Shown: positions 24,479 to 36,548 of the stretch, one piece after another
How the letters are laid out: the number at the start of each line of letters is the position of its first letter
How positions within the stretch are numbered: the first letter of the stretch is position 1
Assembly (NCBI RefSeq): GCF_963921235.1
Contig: NC_086097.1
Coordinates: 30,134,001 to 30,198,000 of the forward strand
Reading direction: 5' to 3'
Length of the DNA stretch: 64,000 nt
Origin: Mobula hypostoma
Taxonomy: Eukaryota
The notes under the pieces: generated by a model
Told to the model about the DNA's origin: nothing
Database searches by the model: none
What the model saw: only the letters and a program-made list of their open reading frames with translations
Translations under genes and position numbers: made by a program

Positions 24479-27400
24479 ACCCCTAAAACCCTCACCAATT
24501 TTTATAGATGCACTGTAGAAAGCATTCTTCTAGGGTGCATCACAACCTGGTATGGAAGTTGTCCTGTCCAAGACCGGAAGGAGCTGCAGAAGATCGTGAA
24601 CACAGCCCAGCACATCACACAAACCAATCTTCCATCCTTGGACTCATTTTACACCGCACGCTGTCAGAGCAGTGCTGCCAGGATAATCAAGTTCACGACC
24701 CACCCAGCCAACGCACTTTTCGTCCCTCTTCCCTCCTCCCTCTGGGAGAAGGCTCAGGAGTTTGAAGACTCATACGGGTCAGATTTGGGAACAGCTTCTT
24801 TCCAGCTGTGATAAGACTGCTGAACGGATCCTGACCCAGATCTGGGCCGTACCCTCCAAATATCCGGACCTGCCTCTTGGTTTTTTGCACTACCTTATGT
24901 TCCCTTTTCTATTTTCTATTTATGATTTATAATTTAGATTTTTACTATTTACTATTGATTTGTACTCCAGGGAGCGCAAAGCGCAGAATCAAATATCGCT
25001 GTGATGATTGTACGCTCTAGTATCAATTGCTTGGCGTCAATAAAGTAAAGTATAAGTATGTAAGAAATATATATATGTGTGTGTGTATATATATATATAT
25101 TTTTCTCCTATTGTAAATTATAGTACACTTTATTTAATTGTTATTGTAATTTATAATATACTGCTGCTGCAAAACAACAAATTTCGCAACATACGTCAGT
25201 GCTAGTAAGCCTGATTCTGATTCAGTTTACTGAGCATTTCATCTCCACAAGGTTTTCGATTTAGGGTTTGAAGTTCAAAATTCAGAAAGCTTTTCTGATT
25301 GCTGTTGTACAAGAGCCAGGTGGTTTACCTGTTGATTCCCCTGGGACCCGAACTACATTCTTCTTGTTTCAGTCACAGACTGTGTGCAAGGCCTCTGTTT
25401 GTTCCTAGTACATTATGCATGAACATGCTAAATCCTACTTGCCAGTCTTGTCTATCCATTGCCTGCCCACCAACACATTTTATTTGCTATAAAGCAACAA
25501 ATGTTGGAAATGCCTGCAGATCAGGCTGTACCTGTAGAAGAAATTGGTTAGATTCAGAGCAGATTCATATTCAGCTTTATTTATCACATACAATACAGTG
25601 TGTCATTTGTTTTAACAACCAACACAACCGGGGGTGTGCTGGGGGCAGCCCGCAAGTGTTGCCACACATTTCGGTGTCAATGTAACACGCCCACAGTGTT
25701 CAGCAGAACACAACTAGCAACAAAACAACAAAGACAAAGCAAACCCCTTTCCTCCCTTGCAGCCCCCCCGCCACCCACGCACATACACACCAGGTCATCC
25801 AACTCTAGTAAAGCCTCCAGTCTCAAGGCTTTGGCCATTGGGCTTCAACTCCTGGACTTGTAACCAACCTCCGGGCAAATGAATTGGTTATGAATTTCTA
25901 TTATTTTATTCAGAGATAGAGCACAGTAACAGTCCCTTTGAGTCCACACCACCCAATTACACCCATGTGACAAATTAACCTGCTAACCTGTATGTCTTTG
26001 GAAGGAAACTGGAGCACCAAGAGGAAATGCACACAGTCACAGGGAGAACATACAGACCCTTTACAGACAGTGGCAGGAATTGAACCTGGGTCACTGGCAC
26101 TGTAATAGTGGTACGCTATCCGCTATGCTACTCTACCTAGGCACAGTGAACAGCTTACCTTGCATACTATTCTTACAGGTCATATTATTACACAGTGCTT
26201 TGAGGTAGAACAAAGTAAAGCAATAACAGAATGCAGAATAAAATGTAACAGTTACAGACAAAGTGCAGTGCAGGCAGACAATAAGGTGCAAGGCCATAAC
26301 AAAGTACACTGTGAAGTCAAGTGTCCATCTTATTGTACTAGGGAACCATTCAATAGCCTTATAGCAAATTCCTCCCCCCCACCCACCCTGACAGATGCTG
26401 CTAGACCTACTGAGTTCCTCCAGCAGATGGTTTATTGCACCTATTATTGTGATCCAATTCTCTCCCCTCCTAAACCCTAACCTCGTACTACCAGCCAACA
26501 TGAGAGTGAGCACTAGATCCATGAGAGTTAGCAGATCTCCTGGGATTAAGAAGGCACAAGTTCCTACACAATGGTTCCTACACCTGCAGGACCAAATACT
26601 ACTTGAACTCCCAGTTTCCTTCTTCGGTCTTCTAGGATTGTTGCTGAAGGAGATCAAATATTTCATACAGATTATTTCATCACATCTGTGCATTGAGATA
26701 GTACAAAGGTAAACAGTAACAGAATACAGAATAAAGTGTTAAAAGGTGCATGCAGGCAGACGATGAGGTACAAGGCCTTAATGATATAATATATTTCTTC
26801 TAAGGCACATTGGAGATACAAGAGAGCTGAAAAATTAAGTATTTCCCTCCACAGATGCTGCCTGACCTGCTGAGTTCCTACAGCACGTCTTTTGCTTCAT
26901 ATTAATAGTTACACTGCACTGAAGTGAACTGCAAAACAGGTTTTTCCACTGTACCTTGGTGCATGTTACAATAATTAACCAATTTACCAATTTATTTCTT
27001 GATCTCCCTTTGTGGATATCTTGTATTTTATTAATCTACCTGCAAATGCTGTAATTAATAAATTAGTAATTAATTAATTAATTAATTTGGTTGGCGCCAG
27101 AAGCATAGAGACATTTAACGACTGCCCCAGCACATCCTTGTACTGTGTTGATTGTCAACGCAAATGACGCATTTCGATATTTTGATGTACATGTGACAAA
27201 TAAGGGTAATCTCTTTAATCTCTGTCCTGCTGTTATAGGATTATTGAATGGTGTCCTAGTACAATAAGATATATTCTTGACCTCACAATCTACCTCCTTA
27301 TGTCCTTGCACCTTATTGTCTGCCTGCACTGCACCCTCTTTGTAACGATAACATTATATTCTGCATTCTGGTATCATTTTCTGTTGTACTACTTCAGTGC

Positions 27401-27759
27401 ACTGTTGTAATGAAATGATCTGTATAGTGGCATGCAAAACAAACCCATCTCTCTGTACAACGATACATGTGACAATAATAAGCTAATTAGTGATTTCCAA
27501 TCAAAAAATCTTTCGACCTCGAGTGCATAAAGAGACACAAGTCTGTCGTTATTTATCTACTTTCTATTCTGGCCAGACCTTAAACCATAGTGAGAGAATT
27601 GATCTTTTGCCGCTTCATTCTTTTCCAGCTGAAGTCCTGATTATCTATTCTCCTGAAAACATTCAATATTTCAAATTAACATTGCTGTGGCATAAAAAAT
27701 AACAAACTCGCCAAATCGATTTTCAGTTCACCCACACTCCAGTTAAACAAGCAAAAATA

Positions 27760-28318
27760 CACTCAGTGGTCACTTTATTAGATACACCTGTACATTTGGT
27801 CATTAATGCAAATACCTAAACAGCCTTTCATGTGGCAGCAACTCAATGCATAAAAGCAAGCAGGCATGCTCCACAGGTTCAGTTGTTTCTCAGACCAAAC
27901 ATCAGAAGGGGGAAGAAGTGACTTTGACTGTGAAATGATGGTTGGTGCTGGTCAGGGTGGTTTGAGCATCTTAGAAACTGCTGATCTCCAGGGATTTTAA
28001 TGCACAACAGTTTCTAGAGATTACAGGGAATGGTGTGATAAACCAAAAAAAAAACCCAGTGAGTGGAAGTTCTATGGGTGGAATGTATTGTTAATGAGAG
28101 AATTCAGAGGAGAATGGCCAGACTGGTTCAAGTTCACAGAAAAGTGACAGTTACTCAAATAATCACGCATTACAACACTTGTGTTCAGAAGAGCATCTCT
28201 AAGTACACAGCACATCGAACCTTGAAGTGGATGGGCTAGAGCAGCAGAAGACCACAAACATACACTGATTTGCCACTTTTTAGTTATAGGAGGTACCTAA
28301 TAAAGTGGCCACTGAGTG
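27760..28318 (+). mobile_element. Non-autonomous Tc1/mariner-type element
   Basis: TA|CACTCAGTGGTCACTTTATTAG ... CTAATAAAGTGGCCACTGAGTG|TA; decayed transposase N-terminal sequence inside. Confidence 0.88.
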
Positions 28319-30039
28319 TATTTGGAATATTAGGCTCATACACAGTGTTCGTAGGAACTTTTTGTTTCCTATATGTGAACTGTCCCAGACAACACTGCAT
28401 CCATGATATTTTAACAATCTTTCTGAATTTAAGGTTGCAGCAGGTTCCTCAGATTGCTGCAGACTGCACTGATTCTTCACATTTATTCCCAGTATGAGGG
28501 AGTCATAGAGTGATACAACATGGAAACAGATGACGAAGGGTCTTAGTCCAAACATCATCTGTTTATTCCTTTCCAAAGATGCTGCCTGACCTGCTGAGTT
28601 CCTCCAGAATTTTGTATGTGTTACTCAGGATTACAGAATCTCTTATATTTATAATACATAGAACATAGAACACTACAGCACAGTACAAGCCCTTTGGCTC
28701 ACAATGTTGTGCTGACCTTTAAGACTACTCCCAGATTAATTTAACCCTTCCCTCCCACATATAGTAGACTTCCATTTTTCTATCATTCATGTGTGCTTAT
28801 CTAAAAGTCTGTTATATGTTCCTACTATATCTGCCTCTGTCACCCCCTCCCAACCTGGCACGGCGTTGCACACACTTGCTGTGTGAAGAACTTCCCCCTG
28901 ACATACCACTTATATTTTCCTCAATCACCTTAAAATGATGCCCCCTCCCCCTTTGTATTACTGTAGTTATTTCCACCCACGAAAAAATTTCTGGCTGTCC
29001 ACTCTATGCCTGTTATCATCTGGTACACCTCTATCAAGTCTCCTCTCATCCTCCTTCACTCCAAAGAGAAAAGCTTAACATATCTTCGTAAGACATGCCC
29101 TCTAGTCCAGGCAACATCCTGATAAATATCCTCTGCATCTTCTCTAATGCTTCCATATCCTTCCTATAATAAGGCAACCGGAACTGAACACAATATTCCA
29201 AGTGTGGTCTGAACCAGGGTCTTATAGAGCTGCAACATTGCCCTGCCCAACTTATCCATGTTGACCATAGCGCTAATCCCAAGTTAACTTCATTTGCTCA
29301 CATTGGGCCCATATCCCTCTAAACCTCTCCTATCCATGTACCCGTTCATATGTTTTTAAAATGTTATTAATGTACCTGTCTCAACCACATCCTTTGGCAG
29401 GTCATATACCCACCACCTCTGGCAGGTCACGCTGTATACCCACCACCATGAAGAAGTTACTCCTCAGGTCCCTTTTAAATCTTTCACCTCTCACCTTAAA
29501 CCTATGCCCTCATATTTTTAGTTCCCCTTCCTCGGGGGTGGGGGAGGAAACTATTTAAAGATTAGATTAGATTTATTTGTTACATGTACATCGAAACATA
29601 CAGTGGAAAGCTTGGTTTGCGGTGATGACCAGTGCAGTCCAAGGATGTGCTGGGAGCAGCCTGCAGTGTCATCGTGCTTCTGGCGACAACAAAGCATGGC
29701 CACAACCTGCTCACCCTAACTGTATGTCTCTGGAATGTGGGAGGAAACTGGACATGCAAACTCTATAGAGACAGTGGCTGGAATTGAACCCTGATTGCTA
29801 GTGCTGTAAATTGTTATGCAAGTCACTACACTACCGTGCTGCCTCCTATCTATGTGTTCCCTAGCTGTGCACCTCCTATCTACATGTATTCACTCTATCT
29901 ACTGTATACCCCTTATGATTTTATATACAGCTCTGTAAGGTCACCCCACGATACGCTACATTCCAAGGAACAGAGTGCTAGCCTGCCCTCTAACACAGTC
30001 CCTTGTAAATCTTCTCTGCACTTTCTCCAGTTTAACATG

Positions 30040-30545
30040 GACATAGACATAGACATAGACATACTTTATTGATCCCGAAGGAAATTGAGTTTCGTCACAA
30101 CTGCACCAACCAAGAATAGAGCATAAATATAGCAATACAAAAACCACAAACAATCAAACAATAATATGCAAACTATGCCAGATGGAAGTAAGTCCAGGAC
30201 CAGCCTATTGGCTCAGGGTGTCTGACCCTCCACGGGAGGAGCTGCAAAGTTCGATGGACACCGGCAGGAACAACCTCCCATGACGCCCAGTGTTGTATCT
30301 CGGTGGAATATGGCTGGAGTCCGACAGCAAAAAGTTCAATATCCGGCTACAAACACGTTCCTTGATCGTAATATGACCAGGATTGCACATCCGTTGTTAA
30401 CCAGAACAGCAAGCCCCCCACTCCTTTACGCTTACCGCTCTCAGTGCACTTCCGGTCAGCCCGAATGGTCATCTCCATGGAAAAGTTTTGGTCAGGTATG
30501 TCCACGTGCAGCCACGTTTCAGTAGAACACATAACACTGTCTTTC
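30040..30545 (-). mobile_element. Internally deleted Rex1-like element (endonuclease piece fused to the 3' end)
   Basis: VMCSTETWL...RADR...SGKRKGVGG endonuclease motif runs directly into RYNTGRHGRLFLPVSI and an AATAAA/(gtctat)n tail. Confidence 0.65.
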
Positions 30546-30699
30546 AATGTCTTTAACAATGTCTTTCCTATCACAGGGTGACCAAAACTGAACGCCATGC
30601 TCCAAATGCAGCCATACCAACATCCTCTATAACTGCAGCGTAACAATACATCATCAGACCAGTAAATCAGAGTAAGAATCAGGTTCATTATCACTCCTC

Positions 30700-31095
30700 C
30701 AAGAGGATCACAACCTTGTCTCAGGGTTTGAAGGCTTTCGTGCCTCAATGACCCAGAAAGCTACAGTATGTTGACTGGAGTCAGGGCTTCATGCTTTGGC
30801 TCTTGTTGGGTCACCCATGTTCAATGGGTAGAGGCCAGATTAAGAGTGGCCCAGGTTCGGGGGGTTCAGCTCAGGGCCAACAATCCTGACTGGTGAAACA
30901 AAACTGTTATGGATACAGCAATGAAGAATTCTTCTACATCTGTGTGTGACTGTATTCCTGAGTTTTCACCCGGGACTTGCATGACAGACATCAGTGAAAC
31001 CGAGCTACTGACATGAAGAAGGAAGCCCTGAACACTGCCAGAGGTGAAGGAACTTCATTGCTGCCCTAAATGCCAGCGGTGTAATGGCAGTAGAA
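30700..31095 (+). mobile_element. RTE/Rex3-derived bipartite non-autonomous element (second copy at about 58258-58645)
   Basis: Two similar copies. The 5' part resembles an RTE 5' UTR (ggcttNcgtgcctcaRtgaccc...ggtagggtcaccc); the 3' part resembles an RTE ORF end (ttcattgctgccctaaaYRccagc). Confidence 0.6.
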
Positions 31096-33129
31096 TTACC
31101 ATCACTGCCATACATTACAAAATCTGTTCTTTTGTGGCATCAGTACAGTGCAATACATAAAGAGAAAGAGAGAGTGCAGAAACTGGCTCTTCAGTCATCC
31201 TATTCCATGTCAAACTATTGATCTGTCTAGTCCCACCCAGAACAAAGCCCACATACTCCTCCCATCTGTACCTATCCAAGTTTCCCTTAAATGTTGAAAT
31301 CAACCCCACACTCCACTAATGCTGACAGCTCGTTCCACACTCTCACCGCTCTCTGAGTAAAGAAATTCCCCCTCATGTTCCCTTTAAATATTTCACCTTT
31401 AATCCTTAACCCATGACCTCTAGTTCACCTTGTCCAACCTCAGTGGAAAAATCCTGCTTGCATTTATACTATCTATGCCTTTCATAATTTTGTATCCCTC
31501 TATCAAATCTCCTACATTCCAGTAAATAAAGTCCTAACATTTTCAACCTTTCCCTATAATTTAGGACCTCAAGTCCTGGCAACATCTTTGTAAATTTTCT
31601 TTGCACCCTTTCAATCATACTGATACTTTTCCAGTAGGTAGGTGACCAGAACTGCAGATTATACTCAAAATTAAGCCTCACCGTCTTATGCAACTTCAAC
31701 ATAACATCCCTACTCCTGTACTCAGTACTTCAATTTATGAAAGACAATGTGCCGAAAGCTCTCTTTATGATCCTATCTCTCTGTGCCACCACTTTTAAGG
31801 AATTACGGATCTATATTCCCTCTATCCTAACACACGCCTCAGTGCCCTATCACTCACCATGTAATTCGTACCCTGATTCATCCTCTGAAGTGCAACACCT
31901 CATACCTGTCTGCATTAAATTCCATCTGCTATTTTTAACTCATTTTTTCAACTGATGCAGATCCCCTACTGCAAGCTTTGATAGCCTTCCTCACTGTCCA
32001 CTACACCCCTATATATATATATATATGTAGTGCAAAAAAATAGTGAGGCAGTGTTCATGCATTCATGAACATAAATCTGAATCGGAATCTATCTAGTTCT
32101 TTCCACAGCTACTGTTGGATCTGCAGACATTTCCAATATATGTGGTTTTATGGGAAATAAAATGGTTTGGCGGGCAGGCAGTGGTTAGTGGATAGAGAAG
32201 ACTAGCAAGTGAGATTTAGCACATTCATGCGTAATGTACTACTTAATAACAAACAGAAGCCTTGCAGTCATTCTGCGATTGAAAGAGCAAGGACATACAG
32301 TAGTTCAATTCACAGGAGAATCAACAGGCAAACCTCCCAGCTCTTGTACAGCAGCAATCAGAAAAGCCTTCTGAATCTTGAACTCTTGAACTAATAATAG
32401 GCTCTATAATTCTAAATCAAGCCTGAAGGATTTTTGATATTAAAGCAATCATAATATTCCAGGCAATTGTGACATCAATTGCCAGGCAGATGTCTGCATC
32501 AGTCATTATCTATGATGGCTCTGTGGAATCAATATATAAAGCCCCTCACAACAGGGGAGAGGGATTAGGCTGACACCATTCTAGTTGTCTCACAGATGTG
32601 GTTCCAGAAGGATGTGGAGGTGCAAGTCCATAGTTCGCTAAATGTGGCAGTACGGATGGATAGGATGGTCAAGTATATGGTATACTTGCAGTTATCAGCC
32701 AAGGTATTATGTATAAAAATTAGGAAGGCACGATGCCGTTGTATAAATCTTCACCATCCAGGACATGCCCTATTCTCATTACTACTATCAGGGAAGAGGT
32801 ACAGGAGTCTGAAGAAACACAACATCTCTGGAGCAGCTTCTTCCCCTCTGCCATCAGAACATCAGATTTGGGTCCATGAACTTATGAGCACAACCTCCCT
32901 ATTTTGCTGTCTTTTTGCACTAGTATATATATATATCCTTATTGTAATTTATAGCAACTATGTAAACCTTTGTCATTGTCCCTGCATTGTTAATTCTGTT
33001 TTCTTCATCTGGTGCATTTTATGTATCTATTTAGTCTGGCTTTGTATGTACCGTGGACAGTTTTAGTGTATCTATAAATTCAACAATGCTTTATTATTAA
33101 TTTTTTTTCTTAGCTCAAACTGCTAAAAC

Positions 33130-33520
33130 CTTTGGTACAGGCTTAGCCAAACACACGCATTTCTCAATTGCTAGGAACTTTTGGTCTATTCTAGAGGTGT
33201 TTAGTATTGTGGTGTTTAGCTTTCTGGAAAGTTACATAACTATTTCTGTGTAGGCTGAATTGTTTAAAACTATTGTTTAGTGCTTTTGGGATGATACCAG
33301 TTGTAGATATTACTATCGGGACAATGTATACCCTGTTCATGTTCCAAAGACTTTCAATTTCTTCTTTTAATTCAGTGTATTTCTAGTGTTTATCACTTAC
33401 TGATTTCTGTATGTTATGTGTGTTTGGAATGGCTATATCTATTAGGTAAATTGTTCTTGCTTGTTTATTCTAGGGTATCATGGGGTATATTATGTCTGGC
33501 CCGAATGTCTTATCTATCTC
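33130..33520 (-). mobile_element. R4/Dong-clade (restriction-like endonuclease) non-LTR retrotransposon 3' relic
   Basis: Manual translation: (G)PDII...NKQARTIYLIDIAIPNTHNIQKSVSDKH*KYTELKEEIESLWNMNRVYIVPIVISTTGIIPKAL, which fits the PD..D-type RLE C-terminus. Confidence 0.75.
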
Positions 33521-33759
33521 ACTGTGCCAACAATCAGAGATTGGGGCTCAATTCGTGACACTGTCTGTAAGGAGTTTATATGCTCTTCCTATGACCACAT
33601 GGGTTTCCTCCAGGTGCTCTTGTTTTGTCCCACATTTCAAAGACATATGGGTTACAGTTAGTAAGGTGTGGGCATGTTTTATTGGCACTGGAAGTGTGGC
33701 AATACTTGTGGGCTGCCCTGAGCACGTTCTTGGATTTTGTTGATGAAAAAGGATGCCTA

Positions 33760-34885
33760 GAGTTGGGGCTGATATATTAGCATGAATAGAGCATTGGTTA
33801 ACTAATAGAAAGCAGAGAGTTAGGATACATGAGTGTTACTCATGGCAATCAGTGGTGAGCGATGTGCTGCAGGGATCGGTGCTGGGCCCACAACAGTTCA
33901 CAATATACATTAATAATCTGGAAGAGTAGACCGAGTGTAGTGTATCTAAGTTTGCTGATGATACTAAATTGAGTGGGAAAGCAAGTTGTGCAGAAGAGAC
34001 AGAGAGTCTGCAGAGAGATATAGATAGGTTAAGTGAGTGGGCAAGGGTCTGGCAGATGGAGTACAATGTTTGTAAATGCGAGGTCATACACTTTTGAAGG
34101 AAGAATGGAAGAGAAGATTATTATTTAAATGGTAAAAAATCGCAGCGTGCTTCTGTGCAGAGGGACTTGGGAGTGGTTGTGCATGAATCACAAAAGGTTG
34201 GTTTACAGGTGCAGCAGGCTATCAAGAAAGCAAATGGAATGTTGGCCTTCATTGCTAGAGGGATTGAATTTAAGAGCAGGGTGGTTATGCTGCAACTGGA
34301 GAGGGTAAAAGTGAGGCTGCACCTGGAGTACTGTGTGCAGTACTGGTCTCCTTACTTTAGGAAGGATATACTGGTTTTGGAGGTGGTGCAGGGGAGGTTC
34401 ACTAGGTTGATTCCAGAGATGAGGGGGTTAGACTATGAGGAGAGATTGAGTTGCCTGGGACTGTACTCACTGGAATTCAGAAGAATGAGAGGAGATCTTA
34501 TAGAAACATGTAAAATTATGAAAGGGATAGATAAGGTAGAGGCAAGAAAGTTGTTTCCACTGATAGGTGAGACTAGAACTAGGGGACATAGCTTCAGGAT
34601 TCGGGGGAGAAGATTTAGGATAGAGATGAGGAGGAACTGTATCTCCCAGAGAGTGGCGAATCTGTGGAATTCTCTGCCCAATGAAGCAGTGGAGGCTACT
34701 TCAGTAAATATATTTAAGACAAGGTTGGATAGATTTTTGCATAGTAGAGGAATTAAGGGTGATGGGGAAAAGACAGGTAGGTGGAGATGAGTCCATGGCC
34801 AGATCAGCCATGATCTTATTGAATGGCAGAGCAGGCTTGATGGGCCATTTGGCCTACTCCTGTTCCTATTTCTTATGTTCTTATG
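33760..34885 (+). mobile_element. 5'-truncated CR1, decayed
   Basis: QGSVLGP and KFADD motifs, ORF 34155..34790, ttcttatg tail. Confidence 0.9.
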
Positions 34886-36548
34886 ATGCATTTCACTGTA
34901 CATTTCGATGTACGTGTGAAGAATAAACTTAATCTTTTCTTTCTTTTGTTTATAGAATTATAGAGAGCTACAGCATAGAAACAGGCCATTCGACCCATCT
35001 AGTCTGTGCTGAACTGTAATTTTGCCTAGTCCCATCAACCCGCACCTGGACCTTAGCCTGCCATACCCCTCGCATCTGTGTATTTATCCAAACCTCTCGT
35101 AATCGTTCAAATCAAACTGTATCCACCACTTCCTGTGGCAGCTCGTTCCACACTCATACCACCCTCAGAAGTTCCCCCTCAGGTTTCCCTTAAATATGTA
35201 AGCTTTCACCATTAACTTATGACCTCTAGTTCTAGTTTCACCCAACCTATACCCCTCATATATTTCAAAGTATTTTAGAAACTCCAACATTGCTTCTTTC
35301 TTAACCTTGGCATATTCCAATACATGAGTGTGTCATACACTGATCTTACATTTGTCAAGGTTCCTCACCCCGATAAGCATTGAAATAAAGTATTAAGAAC
35401 CTCCCCTACTTTCTCCAAGGCCAGACACATTTCCTCTTTTATCCCTGATCGGTCTGTCCCTACTCTTGTCATCCTCCTCTTCTTCACATATGTGTAGAAC
35501 ATGTTGAGGTTTTCCTTAATTCTACTCACCAAAGCCTCATCATGTCCTTTCTAGCTCTCCTAAGTCCATTTTTAAAATCCTTTCTGGTTACTTTATGACT
35601 CTTAAGATCCCTATCTGATAGTAGATTCCTAAATCTTAAGTATGCTCCTTCTAACTCTTGACTAAATGTTCCAACTATTTTATCATCCATAGTTCCTTCA
35701 CCATCTTTTCCCTGTCTCAGTGGGACAAACCTATCTGAAATATTATGCAAGTCCTCCCTGTACAGCCTCCACGTTTCACTGCGAAAATCCACACTTTCAA
35801 ATCTTGGCATAAAGTTGATTTTTATATCCTGAAGACTGCGAATAACGGTGCACAAATTCTGGTTTGGTGGTGCAGTGATTAGACAATAAGATATTGGAGC
35901 AGAATTTGGCCATTCAGCCCTTTGAATCTGCCCTGCCATTCGGTCGTGATTACTTTTCTCTACCCCATTCACCCACCGTCACCCCATAACCCGTAACCCC
36001 AAATCAATTAAGGACCTATCAATCTCTGCCTCAAATACAGCTTATAACTTGGCTTTCACAACAGTCTGTGGCAAAAAATTCCACAGATTCACCACCCACT
36101 GTCTGAAATATTTAAGGAGAATCTGGGGGGGAGCTTCTTCACTCAGAGGGTGGTTCAAGTGTGGAGTGATCTGCCAGTGGAAGTGGTGGTTCCAGATTCA
36201 ATTACAACATTTAAGAGAGGTTTGCATAAGTACATGGATGAGAGGGGTATGAAAGGCTATGGTCCAGATGCCAGTAGATGGCACTAGGCAGAAAAACACG
36301 TCGGCGTGGATGAGATGGGCAGAAAGTCCTGTTTCTGTGCTGCAGGGCTCTATGACTATGATCCCGGGAATGAAAGGATTAACATATGAGGAGCATTTAA
36401 TGTAGCCCTATGTACATGTACAGATATGCTCTAAAGCATCTTTAGCTAGAGAGTGGTGAATCTCTGGAATTTATGGAATCAGGCAGCTGTGGAGGCTAAG
36501 TCACTGGGTATATTCAAAGCAGAGGTGGATAGGTTCTTGATTCATAAT

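Larger units (their letters stand above)
23764..25055 (+). mobile_element. Rex1/Babar 3' fragment interrupted by a Penelope-like fragment (about 24027-24478)
   Basis: WCEDNNLSLNVSKTKELVVDFR...LRKLKKYGL resumes as PKTLTNFYRCTVESIL after the insert. Confidence 0.88.
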
